From positions 1,568,001-1,632,000 of the forward strand of contig CBDCMT010000001.1 of the NCBI GenBank assembly GCA_965219095.1: 64,000 nt of DNA, given 5' to 3'. The stretch comes from Bdellovibrionales bacterium. GTDB taxonomy: Bacteria > Bdellovibrionota > Bdellovibrionia > Bdellovibrionales > UBA1609. The position numbers were made by a program, and so were the translations under genes. Shown piece by piece: positions 9,765 through 20,976 of this stretch (its first letter is position 1; each line of letters starts with the position of its first letter). The notes below the pieces were generated by a model. The model searched no databases. It was not told the origin of the DNA and was given only the letters and a program-made list of their open reading frames with translations.

Positions 9765-11298
9765 GTAACTGCTCACTCTCGTAAGTTTTTATTTAAAGCC
9801 ATAGAGATGGCTTCTAAAGAAGAATACCCTCTATTTCTCATTGTTTTAACATAGCTGGTAATACGACAAAAATATTTCGCCATTTCTTCTGTTCTGAAAC
9901 ACCCTGACACTTTCTTTTTCACTTTAGTCATTCTTAGATCTCTTTCAGCTCTGTTATTAGTAGGATCTACGTTCTTTCTTTTAGCAAAGCACAGTATTTC
10001 TGCTTCATACTTTTTAAATCGCAGCCAAAGGTTTTGAGCTTGTGTATGCTTTATTCGTCCTTTCTTGCCATTTTTCTTAGGAAATTCTGGAAGCTCTTTT
10101 AAGCCTTTTGTAAGAATACTCCTATACCTTCTCTGAAGAGTTTCGTACTCTTTTTGAGTCAGAACTCTTGACTCTTTTTTATGAACTAACTCCACAGTCT
10201 CTTTAAGAAGTTTTTTGAGATTTGTAGCCCATTTGAATCCATTGCTTTCTTCTATAAATTTAAGCTCTCTCAAAAGGTGAGCCACACACAAAGCATGAGT
10301 TATCTTATCATAACAAAAGTAAGGACTCCAACAATCATGCACAAGCACTCCTCCATATCTATCCAAGAGACCAATATCTTTTATGGCTTCCCTTCCACCT
10401 GAAAGGTGGAGAAACTGCAAGACTAATTCTCCTGAACTATAAGTATGAATCCAGTAGTTTTTACCCTTAACCCTCATAGAGGTCTCATCAACATGAATGA
10501 CCTCTGATTCAAGTATCTTTTCTTTCATCTGCTCTTCCCAACTTTTAAGAAACTCTCCTAATTCAGCAATGTATCTCAACATAACTGCAGGAGAAATCAT
10601 TCGACCTATAAGCCCCATGTAATGTTCCCCAACACGCTCTAAAAGACAGCATCTGAACTATAATGAAATTGATGATGGAAGCTCTAATGCCTACACCATA
10701 CTGAAGAGGACCACTCATACCTTTAGGGAATTGACCTTTATTTCTAGCTCCACATGAGGGACAATCCTTAACCTCAGAAGTTACAGTATGGGTCTGAATT
10801 TCATAAAAAATATCAATCTTTTTACGCTTTTCAAGGCTTTTTACCTCTGCTGTCTTTAAACACATCCCACACTGAGAACACTCTGAGGGAGAGACAGTCT
10901 CCTCACTGTTTGTATCTTTACTGTTATCAAGTCTAGAGCCCTTTTTTTGACTCCCACTAGCTTTCTTATTACGATTCCCTTGACGACTAAAATCTTGCGA
11001 AGGAGGAAGACCGCTGTTGCTGGAATTTTTTCGAACCTGTTTTTCTAAAAGCACAACAATCAGAATGTTCACAACCTTAAAGAGAGATTCAAAAACCACA
11101 GAAATCTCAGTAGGCACAGAACCTTTCTTTGCAAGCTTATCAAAGTCACTTCTTATATTTTCAATCTCATTTCTGATGGAGGTCTTATTTATTGTCATTT
11201 GAAAAGAGTATTTAAAAGAAAATCTGTAAGAGCAAGACTTTTATCTTAAAAACAGGTCTAAAGTTAGGGATAACTGAACAATGTAGGTGAGCAGTTAC
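9765..11298 (-). mobile_element. IS66-family element, copy 2
   Basis: Same TIRs and ORFs as copy 1. Confidence 0.93.
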
Positions 11299-11358
11299 TT
11301 ATTACTTTAGTGAGAGCCGTTCAGCTTGTTCTGTTAAAGAACTCTTGGGGTCTTATAA

Positions 11359-12401
11359 ACCCGAGTTTCGACTTTTATATATTGCTCAGAGGCCCCTGTT
11401 CTTGAGTTTTAAGTTGAATGGAGGGTTTTTTAGGTTTTAAACAATAGGAGATGAGAGTACCTAAAAGATTGATGACAAAGTTTTGTGGGCTACGATGGCG
11501 AGAATGCTCAAGATGAAACTCTCCTTTTAACACTCCAATCACTGTTTCCACAACAGAACGTTTTTTCAACATCAACTTGTCAAATAAGGGAATCAATTTA
11601 TTCTTCATATTTAATTTGACGTTTGTAATAAGCTTAACTCCCTTTTTTAAAAGCTTTTTGAAAAGGTCTGATGAAATATAACCTTTGTCTCCAAAGAGTT
11701 TCCCCACCAGCCCTTTACACAAACCTATAACAGGCTTTCGATCATCTACATTTCCCTGAGTTAAGGTAAAACTTAAAAGTTCTCCGAGGTGATTGATAAC
11801 AATATGGAGTTTAAATCCGAAGAACCAGCCCATACTACTTTTGCCTCTTTTTAGCTAACTTTTAGAACACTTTATTTCGTCCTATTCTTTTATTTTTGAA
11901 GAAAAATCGATGTGGAATCAATAAATGATATGCCGGTGGTTTTACTCATAAGGCTTGTCGAGAAAAGAAACATCAAAAAAGCCATGTCTTTTTTGATGTT
12001 CACAAATCGGGAGTAAGACAACATTTTAGGAAAATAAGATTTAAGATAGACTTTTGCAAACTGGTAAAAGGCTTTAAAATTCCTAAAGCCAGAACTTTGG
12101 AAAAGTAAGATAAAGAGTGATGATTTCTCTGGGAGATAAGCAGAAGAAAAACCTCTTTTATTTTTAGCAAACCAGTTCTGGATTGTTGTACGAGAGGGGT
12201 TAAAAAATCATCGACAAGAACATAAATTGATATGATATAATTAGAATTAGAATTAAACATCTTAGACCTCCTTGTATGTTTTTTTATGACTCTCAAGGTG
12301 TTTTTTCCTTATAAGTTGCTTCTTCAAGACATCTTACAAAGAACTGAGATGTTTGTTTATATCAGCTAGCCTTTAGATCTGAAAAAAGTCGAAACTCGGG
12401 T
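11359..12401 (-). mobile_element. IS982-family element, frameshifted
   Basis: TIR ACCCGAGTTTCGACTTTT at both ends; GDKGYIS, KRSVVETV, EHSRHRS motifs. Confidence 0.9.
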
Positions 12402-12447
12402 TATTAGTTAAGCTCAGAGGCTCAGCGTGCAACAAAGCCGTTAGGAG

Positions 12448-12795
12448 TTATAAACTAGGCTTCCACACAGCAAAACCTATAACCAAAGTGCTTAGAACAA
12501 AAATCAAGAGCATCCAGAAGTATATTTTTGAAGGATGGCGTCTGATGAAAAAAGACAAAGAACCTAAAACAAACCACAACACTAACTTAGCGTAAATCCA
12601 AAAATCCAAAGCAAAAGAAGCTTTTGCTATAATACCAAAGCCTGATATAAAAAGTAAGACAAGAGCAATACCACTTAAGATCATACTTTTTTTACGAAAA
12701 CGTTCCTGAGTTAAACCTACTGTTAAAACTCCTAAGCTCAGTATCAAAAGTGCAAAAGATGAAACATGAAGCCACTTATAAAACTCATAAGACAT
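12448..12795 (-). CDS. Small 4-TM membrane protein (SirB2-like)
   Basis: Y..YK.LH start, four hydrophobic segments, WIYAKL and terminal KP. Confidence 0.6.
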   Translation of the reverse strand: MSYEFYKWLHVSSFALLILSLGVLTVGLTQERFRKKSMILSGIALVLLFISGFGIIAKASFALDFWIYAKLVLWFVLGSLSFFIRRHPSKIYFWMLLIFVLSTLVIGFAVWKPSL

Positions 12796-12910
12796 GTCTT
12801 GATCCTAATCAATTCGTATTCTTTTAGCCAAGAAAAAATATGTTTTTTTTAGTTTTGTAAAAAAATAAGGACTTTAGTCCTTATTTTTTTACAAAACCTT
12901 GTCTCATATA

Positions 12911-14047
12911 TAGTGCTTCCGTTTAGGTTTTCAGGTTCCTAAGATGGAGAAGTTATCAGTTATCAAAGTTTCTAATTTAGGCCTGTGTTTTCGTATTCCT
13001 CTAAAAAATTGACTTAAACTTCCCTTGAAATCGTCATAGTTTTCATAATATCGATTCGCTGTGACCTCTTTTTTCATAAACTTCCAAAGCCTTTCTATAG
13101 GATTTAAATTCAGTGAGTACGGAGGAAGATAAATAAGTTTTATATTCAACTCTTTCGCTAACTTCTTGACAGACTTCGATCTATTGTATCCGGCCCCATC
13201 TAAGATAAGATAAATCTCTTTTTCATCGGAATACTTCTTAATGAATATGATAGAGCATATCACATAGAAAAACTTCGTTAACTGTCTTATAACTCCTGAC
13301 TACCGTCTTCAAACTATTGATCTCAATAGCTCCACAAACATTCACTCTTTTTCTCCAGCCTGAATTGGTCTTCACTTCAAACTTCTTACCCTCTCTTATC
13401 CAACCATATGAAATCGTAGGGCCCCACTCAGGATGTGTGGAATCAGCAAAGTAAACAGGACCGTCTTTCTTCTTAATTCTCTTGTATTTACGCACAAACT
13501 TTTCCTGCTCTTCTTTCTTTGCCTTACCCGGTATCGCTGTGGCTTTTTTATAAGAAAAACCAAGGCGATGGAGAAGATCAATCACACCACTTGTTGAGTA
13601 CGTAACACTAAAATTCTCCTCAATGAATTGGATGACAGACTGTGATGATGGAAAAATTCTTTTCTCTAATTCCTTTAAAAGCATTTTCTCCTCTTTCTTA
13701 GTTAAAAAGGACCTTTTAGGGTTGTAATTGTCGTTGATTAAGCACTCTATCCCACCTTTGTTATAACGATTTCTACAGGCTCTTATCGTGCCCTCATCAA
13801 TGAAAAGAAAACGGGAAATATCTTTACACAACTCACCTTTATCTAAATGGAGAATTGTCATAATCCTTTTTACGTATTTAAGATTTTTCTCTAGAGATAG
13901 TTCATAGAGTAAATCTTTTCGCTCTTTTTTTGATAGAAACCCTGACATATGAAACTATTTTTTAAAATAAATGACTTTTTATCAAGGCCTTAGAATAAAA
14001 ACTAGACCTCAACTCAAAAAAAACGGAAAACTTAAACGGAAGCACTA
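12911..14047 (-). mobile_element. IS630-family element type B, frameshifted
   Basis: TIR TAGTGCTTCCGTTTA(G/A)GTTTT with TA flanks; YFADSTHP, ILDGAGY, LPPYSLNLNPIERLW. Confidence 0.92.
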
Positions 14048-14065
14048 TATATTGTTCTTAGAAAC

Positions 14066-14944
14066 TCAAGCTTTAATATCAGCTATTTTCTTCATCAATA
14101 AGGCCCCTGAGATTTGGAGAATCAACATAACAAAAAGTAGAATCCAGCCTAAGGTTGTCTGAAATAAAGGTCTAGCATAGGTAGGATTGGTAATAAGAAT
14201 AAGACCTAAAACAACAAGGGGAATCACTGATAAAATACGCCCCTGATTGCGACTTTGAGTCATCATTGCTTCAATCTTTTTTTGGATGCGACTTCTTTCT
14301 CTCAAGGTTTCTGATATGACATCAAAAGTTTCACTCATATTTCCTCCTGTTTCTTTAAGAATATTCACACCACTAACAAACATATGCATATCATATTGAT
14401 CGATCCTATCAGCCATTTCTTCTAAAGCTTCTTCTAAAGGCATCCCTAAACGAAATTTATTAAGGGCAAGTTGAAATTCTTGCCCTAAAGGCCCTCCTTC
14501 ATTCTTGATCACCCTCTCCATGGATTGAGATATAGATAAGCCACTTCTAACACCATTGCTTAAAATCACAAGGCTATCGACCATTTGTGAAACAATCTTA
14601 TGCGATCGTGTGATCCAAAGATTCTTCATTATGTTTCTAGGAATAATAAGACCTGCTAAAATCACAGGTACTGCTAAAAGAAGTCCTAAAACAAAGTTAG
14701 GTAGACAAAATAAAATGACAACAAGACCTAAACCATAACTAATAGACACTAAGCCAATAGTAAGTTTTCTGGAATCTATCTGTATAAGCATTTTATTCGT
14801 AATGGATGAAATTTCTTCAAATGTAAAAAGAAATTTCTTATGAAAAAAGTCAATGACTCTTTTGTTTAAGAAATAAACTGAAACAAAAACCAAAACTCCA
14901 AAAAATGTTACTGTTAAAAACTGACTTTCTATAATCCAACCCAT
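14066..14944 (-). CDS. tadB: Tad pilus inner-membrane platform protein TadB
   Basis: T2SSF domain (SGLS..., PLGQEF, ETGGNM); follows the TadA ATPase. Confidence 0.85.
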   Translation of the reverse strand: MGWIIESQFLTVTFFGVLVFVSVYFLNKRVIDFFHKKFLFTFEEISSITNKMLIQIDSRKLTIGLVSISYGLGLVVILFCLPNFVLGLLLAVPVILAGLIIPRNIMKNLWITRSHKIVSQMVDSLVILSNGVRSGLSISQSMERVIKNEGGPLGQEFQLALNKFRLGMPLEEALEEMADRIDQYDMHMFVSGVNILKETGGNMSETFDVISETLRERSRIQKKIEAMMTQSRNQGRILSVIPLVVLGLILITNPTYARPLFQTTLGWILLFVMLILQISGALLMKKIADIKA

Positions 14945-14947
14945 ATC

Positions 14948-17143
14948 CTACTTCCTTTCTACAACTGTTTTTTTCATACTTGAAGTATGTTCAGTATTTC
15001 TTCTGAGCTTCAAACCTTTTCTTAAAGATAAAGTTTTAGAAGGTCTTTTAACTTCTTCTACTTTCTCTCCTGTAAACAAATATCTTGGAATATGAATCCC
15101 TCGGTTTTCAAATTTTTCAATAAAAGTAGGAATGGCTCCTGTGGCCTGAAATTGCCCTAAGATTTTTCTGTTTTTATCAAAGCCCTCTTCTTTAAAACGA
15201 AAGACTTCTTGTAAAGTGAGTACATTCGACTGTATGCCTGCAACTTCTGTGATGTTAGTGATTTTACGACTTCCATCAGAAAGACGTGAGATCTGTACAA
15301 TCAGTTGTACCGCTGAGCCAATTTGTTCTCTTATAGCCTTTACAGGAAGTTCTAAACCTGCCATCATAGAAAGATTCTCTAGACGGGAGGTGGCTTCTCT
15401 AGGGGAATTAGCATGAACTGTTGTCATGGATCCATCATGACCTGTGTTCATCGCAGAGAGCATATCCAAGGCAGCACCATCACGACATTCTCCTACAATA
15501 ATGCGATCAGGTCTCATTCTCAGACTATTTTTAACTAGGTCCCGAATGGTAACAGCACCAGCATCTTCCATATTTGCCGGCCTTGTTTCTAACCGAACCA
15601 CATGCCCTTGAGCTAGTTGTAATTCTGCTGCATCCTCTACAGTGACAATTCTTTCATTAGCAGGGATATAGCTTGAAAGTAAATTTAAAAGAGTGGTTTT
15701 ACCAGAACCGGTTCCTCCTGAGATGATAATGTTCAAACCCTGTTCTACACAAATTCTTAAAAAATCCAACATAGGTTTTGTTAAAGTGTTCCAATTCAAA
15801 TACTTGTCTGACGTTACTGTTTCTTTTGCAAATTTACGAATGGTAATGGAAGGGCCGTCAATTGAGAGGGGTTCGATGATAGCATTGACTCTACTACCAT
15901 CAGAAAGCCTTGCATCTACGTAGGGAGTTTTTTCATCAATCCTTCTTCCTAAAGGAGTTACAATTCTTTCTATAATGTTTCTTAATTGAAGATTTGATGT
16001 GAAATTCATTTTTGTCAAAATCAGCTTTCCCTTTTTTTCTACAAAAACTTTATCACAACTATTTACCATAATTTCAGTGACTGTGGGATCACTTAAAAGT
16101 TCTTCTAAAGCACCTAAACCTAAAGCTTCATCTAAAACTTGTCGTATGACAAGAGTTCTTTCAGAGCGTGAAAGTTGTGGTGCTTGTTTTGTCACAATTT
16201 GACTGATCGCTCTTTGTGTCTTCTGTTCTAATTCTTTTTCTTTCTTAGGGTCTCCTTTGGTATTGGTTAAATCTTTTCTTAAATCAATTTCACGTATGAG
16301 TTCCTTGTGAATCATTATCTTTAAATTTTTTAAAAAATCTATAGATTCTGATTTTTGCGAAACAGAGAGAGGCTTTTTTTTCTCTCTCTGCTCTAACTTC
16401 TGTAAAATGCCTGAAGTTAAATGTCTTACAACTTGATGATAAGCTCCTATAAGAGCAACAGCCTGCCTCTGTAAAACAAAGGGAGTGCTAGTTTTTATAG
16501 CTTGTGAGGTAATAATGTCATCTTGAGGTAAAGAAGCTAAAACAGGCCTTTTTAAAGTTTGTGAAAACTGTTCTTGTGTCAGATCTCTTTGAGAGTATTT
16601 GTTCAAAACAAGAAAGAACATATCATTTGCAAACATAAAATAACTTAAATCATTCATCTTCTTTCTTGTTTGGTGAAGACATAGAGAGTCTGGATGAGAG
16701 ACTACAAGTCCTATAGTAGCTTCATTGAGTAGTGTTTTTTGTGCCTCTCCTAATTCATGACCTATATCTACAATAATGTATTCGTAATAAGATTTAAGAC
16801 TTTTGAGTTTATTTACTAAAAGTTGGCTTTCAACTTGTGTTTCTTCTTCAGGGTTTAAAATTAAAGGTAAATAATTTAACCCCGTAGAATGTTCATAAAT
16901 AAAGGTCTTCAATCTTTTTTCATCTAATGGACCTGTCCATTGCAAAAGTTCATCTAGTTTTTTCTTAGGCCTAGCTCCTAAAAGAAACGTTAAGTCACAA
17001 GCCGACTGTTTGTCTAAGTCCATAAGTAAAACAGAAGATTTGGTTTCAATCTTCATAGCACAAGCTAAATTAGTGGCAAAAACACTTTTACCTACACCTC
17101 CCTTGCCGCCTAAAATAGCAATGACAAAACTTTGTTGAAACAT
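14948..17143 (-). CDS. tadA: Fused CpaE/TadZ (MinD-like) and CpaF/TadA pilus assembly ATPase
   Basis: N-terminal GGKGGVGKS domain; C-terminal GGTGSGKTT, LRMRPDRIIVGE, MNTGHDGSMTTVHAN. Confidence 0.9.
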   Translation of the reverse strand: MFQQSFVIAILGGKGGVGKSVFATNLACAMKIETKSSVLLMDLDKQSACDLTFLLGARPKKKLDELLQWTGPLDEKRLKTFIYEHSTGLNYLPLILNPEEETQVESQLLVNKLKSLKSYYEYIIVDIGHELGEAQKTLLNEATIGLVVSHPDSLCLHQTRKKMNDLSYFMFANDMFFLVLNKYSQRDLTQEQFSQTLKRPVLASLPQDDIITSQAIKTSTPFVLQRQAVALIGAYHQVVRHLTSGILQKLEQREKKKPLSVSQKSESIDFLKNLKIMIHKELIREIDLRKDLTNTKGDPKKEKELEQKTQRAISQIVTKQAPQLSRSERTLVIRQVLDEALGLGALEELLSDPTVTEIMVNSCDKVFVEKKGKLILTKMNFTSNLQLRNIIERIVTPLGRRIDEKTPYVDARLSDGSRVNAIIEPLSIDGPSITIRKFAKETVTSDKYLNWNTLTKPMLDFLRICVEQGLNIIISGGTGSGKTTLLNLLSSYIPANERIVTVEDAAELQLAQGHVVRLETRPANMEDAGAVTIRDLVKNSLRMRPDRIIVGECRDGAALDMLSAMNTGHDGSMTTVHANSPREATSRLENLSMMAGLELPVKAIREQIGSAVQLIVQISRLSDGSRKITNITEVAGIQSNVLTLQEVFRFKEEGFDKNRKILGQFQATGAIPTFIEKFENRGIHIPRYLFTGEKVEEVKRPSKTLSLRKGLKLRRNTEHTSSMKKTVVERK

Positions 17144-18634
17144 CTAGCCCCCCATTTTAAATTTATCTTTAATTGTTTCTACACCCTCGCTAGCTGAGGT
17201 TTTAATGCGAGGTGTGATGAAAATAACAAACTGTTCGTTTCGTTTATTATAACCTTTTGAAGTGTAAAGACTTAAAACAGGATTCGCAGAAGCTGATTCT
17301 GGAAGTTTGTTAAAATCCACAATGCGAGAACTATCCACTAAACCTCCTACAGCAACACTTTGGCCATTTCTCACCACCATTTCAGATTGCACTTGATTTT
17401 TTGAAACAATGGGGACTCCCCGAGCTTGACCTGTAAAGTGACTGCTCGAAAACCTCATTTGCATGGAAACACTGTTATTTCTATTTCCCACAATGGTCGG
17501 AGTCACTTCTGAACTCACTCCTGCGTCTGCTGTATGAGTGATTAAAGTTCCATTAGGTCCTCCTGTTTGATAGGGTACTTTTGTAACAGATTCTAAAACA
17601 CCCTTTTTTCCTTCTTCTACTGTTAAGCTTGCACTCTGCAAAACCCTAGCATAACCATGCTCTTTAGCCCAATTCAATTTGGGTAAAAGATTAGAAATAG
17701 TAGCCGTCAGTTGACTTACAAAACCTCTTTGCTCTTGATTTTGACTAGGAAGGCCTATAGTCAACTGTGTCTCATCAGAAATTCCTGGAGTCCATTGAAA
17801 ACGAAAGCTCTTATTAAAATCTTTTTTCATTTGTACAAAATGTATAACAAGGTGAATAGCTTTTTTAGGATCAGGTGTAGGTCTTTTTTCAATAGTGATC
17901 ATATTAATGATTTGATTTCTGTTTCTGGCTTTGACTTTTGCTCCAAAAGCCTCCTCTAAAACAAGATCGGGAATATAAGCTAAGGCAATGGTTTCAATGT
18001 CTTTTCTCTTACTTACTAAATCCACTGAGCCTTGTAAAATAAAGTTTCCGTTCACTGTACGAACTGTAATGTTAGAAGAGATTCTTTGAATTTGAGAATC
18101 TGATTGAATGAGACTAGCAATTTTTCTTTCCGCAATAGGGTTTAAAGACACTAAAGAGGTAGCTTTATCAGGGTATCTTTGAAGTACGTTATAAATACGT
18201 GTTATCTCTTGAGGTAGAAGCACGTAGCCATCTAATAAGACTTTATTGTTTAAAATTTTAACACTTACTCCATCAATATCTTGAATTAAGCTTTTGATCT
18301 CATGAGCTGTTTGAATTAAGTTTGTCTTTTGTATACTTACATGAAACTCATAGATGATCTTTCCTGTTTTACGATTTTCTATCAAAAAAACTGTGGTTCC
18401 CTCTTTTTTAGGTTTGAACCGAAAAGTCCTTTTCTTTGCTGAATAGCTTACTCTTAAAAATTTCCTCCAAGATCCTGAAGTTTTAAAACTCCTAGGAAGA
18501 CCTTCTACGATTTCATCATGGTCAAGTCCTATATAAAGATTTAAAAATCGTTTAATTCTTTTAGAATCATCAGCCCATAACTCAAAAGTAAAAAAATTCA
18601 ATAAAGTTAACAATAAAAAAATTTTCATCATCAT
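17144..18634 (-). CDS. cpaC: Tad pilus secretin (CpaC/RcpA-like) with BON-like domains
   Basis: Signal peptide; secretin C-terminus GQSVAVGGL...VIFITP; operon context. Confidence 0.78.
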   Translation of the reverse strand: MMMKIFLLLTLLNFFTFELWADDSKRIKRFLNLYIGLDHDEIVEGLPRSFKTSGSWRKFLRVSYSAKKRTFRFKPKKEGTTVFLIENRKTGKIIYEFHVSIQKTNLIQTAHEIKSLIQDIDGVSVKILNNKVLLDGYVLLPQEITRIYNVLQRYPDKATSLVSLNPIAERKIASLIQSDSQIQRISSNITVRTVNGNFILQGSVDLVSKRKDIETIALAYIPDLVLEEAFGAKVKARNRNQIINMITIEKRPTPDPKKAIHLVIHFVQMKKDFNKSFRFQWTPGISDETQLTIGLPSQNQEQRGFVSQLTATISNLLPKLNWAKEHGYARVLQSASLTVEEGKKGVLESVTKVPYQTGGPNGTLITHTADAGVSSEVTPTIVGNRNNSVSMQMRFSSSHFTGQARGVPIVSKNQVQSEMVVRNGQSVAVGGLVDSSRIVDFNKLPESASANPVLSLYTSKGYNKRNEQFVIFITPRIKTSASEGVETIKDKFKMGG

Positions 18635-18684
18635 CCTCTTTTGTGTTTTTTGAGGTCTTCATCTCTTTAACAGTCTCTTTACAG

Positions 18685-19566
18685 TCATAAATCAATAAAA
18701 GGACCTTTCTTTTTCTTAGAAGGAGCAATACGTGCTGGTTTTAAAATTTTTCCTGAAATTCTGCGAGATGCTTTTTTTACTTCTTTCTTAAAAGATGATC
18801 TTTCTAAAACGGTATCTTGGGTGGTCACACTGAGACTGTTGAGTTTTGTGTCTGTAGGGTGTCTTAGGGTTAAAAACAAAGAAGAGGGTGAGGTTGCTAA
18901 AATGTAAATAAGTTTTTGACTTTCTACAGGTGTTACCTCTAAAGTCAAATTAGAAAAACTTGTGTCTCCTCGCAAACGAAAAGTTCTTATGCCGTTCCTT
19001 TGTTCTTCTTGTAAAGCAGGCAGTTGGTTTGTGATACGAAAACCTGTGGCCAACACCACAACATTTTGAAGAATCGTTCTAACTATTTTTGTTTTGTTTA
19101 AACCTTTTCCTACTTCAATGGCTGATAAAACATCCACACGATCCCCAGGAACAATCAACTTACCAATTCCTCTTATATCATCCACAGGTACTGTCACAGC
19201 TCGTCTCTCAGGGGTTACTTGTATGGAAAGACCTGTTATTTTATCAGGGGGAGAAAGTTTATTAGATAAAATTTCCTCTCCTTTTCGAATAGGAGCTAAA
19301 GCCACATATCCTATCACTTCCTCAGGAGAACGAACAGCTTTAGGTTGGAGAAACTCTACAGGTTTTTCTCTCACCTCCAGCATCGTCTCATTGATTGTCC
19401 GCATTTCCTCTATATCTTGTAAAGCCACCACTACACGCTGTTTAGTGCCAAACTTTTGGGATAAAGCTTGAGATTTCTCATTAGTGTAACTGTAAAGTAA
19501 AAACATAGCTAACAGGCCGGCAAATACAGCCACCCATAAAGTTCTTCCCTCTTGAAATGAATTCAT
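18685..19566 (-). CDS. cpaB: Flp pilus assembly protein CpaB/RcpC
   Basis: SAF domain, RAVTVPVD..G..LIVPGDRVDV, ILQNVVVLA, TLEVTP. Confidence 0.9.
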   Translation of the reverse strand: MNSFQEGRTLWVAVFAGLLAMFLLYSYTNEKSQALSQKFGTKQRVVVALQDIEEMRTINETMLEVREKPVEFLQPKAVRSPEEVIGYVALAPIRKGEEILSNKLSPPDKITGLSIQVTPERRAVTVPVDDIRGIGKLIVPGDRVDVLSAIEVGKGLNKTKIVRTILQNVVVLATGFRITNQLPALQEEQRNGIRTFRLRGDTSFSNLTLEVTPVESQKLIYILATSPSSLFLTLRHPTDTKLNSLSVTTQDTVLERSSFKKEVKKASRRISGKILKPARIAPSKKKKGPFIDL

Positions 19567-19613
19567 AAAGCTTTTCCTTTCTTTTTTCCTTTTTTCAGGC
19601 CCTTAGGCCAGAA

Positions 19614-20129
19614 TCAATCTCCACAACCAGAGTGAAGGCAAATACCATAAGCCACCTTAGACCACACAGGGTTCACTCCTTGTTTGCTGTATCGGATTCT
19701 TGTTTGAATATCTTGATACAAAGTTTCATTATGATAAGCGGAATCAGGCTCTTGAAGGTCTTCAGAAACTATACCTAAGTTAAGAGAAATATACTGATAA
19801 GGTGCATGAAATACGTTAGAAATACCTTCTCTCTCTTCTCCATCGATTATAGCATGAAACCGAAAACCTCGGTTGTAAAAATGTGTGATTCTGTCTCTAG
19901 GAACATCGATTCTAAAGTACTGCAGATGAGTTCTGTGACGAAACGTCTCATAAGCATAAGCTCTTGCCCCTATACTGTTTAGAGTTGCTGAATGTAAAAT
20001 ACCCCAAAAACCAAACAAAAAACTTGTTATAGCGACAAAAAGAATCAAAAAAGCAGCAAGTTCAATAGTAGCAAAACCTTCTTGTTCTTTTCCAGAATTC
20101 TTTCTTTGCCTCTTATACATCTTTAACAC
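19614..20129 (-). CDS. TadE/G-like minor pilin
   Basis: G-FATIE prepilin motif followed by hydrophobic helix. Confidence 0.65.
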   Translation of the reverse strand: MLKMYKRQRKNSGKEQEGFATIELAAFLILFVAITSFLFGFWGILHSATLNSIGARAYAYETFRHRTHLQYFRIDVPRDRITHFYNRGFRFHAIIDGEEREGISNVFHAPYQYISLNLGIVSEDLQEPDSAYHNETLYQDIQTRIRYSKQGVNPVWSKVAYGICLHSGCGD

Positions 20130-20737
20130 CCATTATCCCCATAACTTTGAGGCAAATTCTGTATAGAATTTGAAAAAGAAAATCTCCTTACAATCTCTTC
20201 ATACCTTGAACGATGAAAGTCTTGACACTCCTTTTGTGTTATCTCTCTTCCTAAAAAACTTCTTATCTCCGTTGTAAAACCATCATGTTCAAGGTTAGTT
20301 AATCCTAAGAAGGGGATATTAAAACTTAAGATGGGAGCTCTAAAAGTAAGCCACAGGCCTATGAAAATATCTTTTTTTTGACTCCTTCCCCCCACATCAG
20401 AACCCTCAAACCTCTCTCGCAGACCTGTTCTCACACTTCCTCTTTCGATTTGAAACCATCCGTTACTTTTGAAAAAAGGATTTAAAACAGAGCTTTCTAA
20501 AAGACGTGTAACTTTATCAAAAGCTAATTTATTTTGATCTTCTGGTGTATGATGGCTTGCTAAGTAATGTCTTGCTCCTGCGTAAGTGATGTATTGAGTA
20601 ACTTCAATAACACTTAAACAAAAAGCAAAGATGATAAACAAAAAAAGCAAGAAAAAAGCAAGTGTAAAAGCATAAACTACATCAATAAAAATCATACCTC
20701 TTTGATTGAAGAGAGGATTTGTTTTTTTCAAATTCAT
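20123..20737 (-). CDS. TadE-like minor pilin
   Basis: NQRG-MIFID motif, hydrophobic helix, YAGAR. Confidence 0.62.
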   Translation of the reverse strand: MNLKKTNPLFNQRGMIFIDVVYAFTLAFFLLFLFIIFAFCLSVIEVTQYITYAGARHYLASHHTPEDQNKLAFDKVTRLLESSVLNPFFKSNGWFQIERGSVRTGLRERFEGSDVGGRSQKKDIFIGLWLTFRAPILSFNIPFLGLTNLEHDGFTTEIRSFLGREITQKECQDFHRSRYEEIVRRFSFSNSIQNLPQSYGDNGC

Positions 20738-20976
20738 CGAACATCGTCTCCTTTTTGTGATAAGTGGTTATGAAGATAGTTAGGATGCTTTCTCCTCTCT
20801 GTCCATTCTCCATTCCTTACCATATGATCTAAACGGATCAATGGCTCTCTTACTATACGATTTAAAAATTCATTAGCGTCTAAGGCTCCCACCACAGCTC
20901 TAAAAAGTCCTAAGAAAATTAACATAATTAAAATCGATTCTAAAACAGCCTGACCTTTTTTATTGATGAACTTCAT
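20734..20976 (-). CDS. Small TadE-like pseudopilin
   Basis: KKG-QAVLE motif; likely start MKFINKKG. Confidence 0.65.
   Translation of the reverse strand: MKFINKKGQAVLESILIMLIFLGLFRAVVGALDANEFLNRIVREPLIRLDHMVRNGEWTERRKHPNYLHNHLSQKGDDVR

Noticed and set aside
9612..9854. ORFs containing YVKKKHFSIYKKYKKFF (also 48868-49168)
   Set aside because: Translations of a repeated non-coding IS-end segment
15216..19471. Plus-strand ORFs inside the tad cluster
   Set aside because: Antisense shadows of well-supported minus-strand genes
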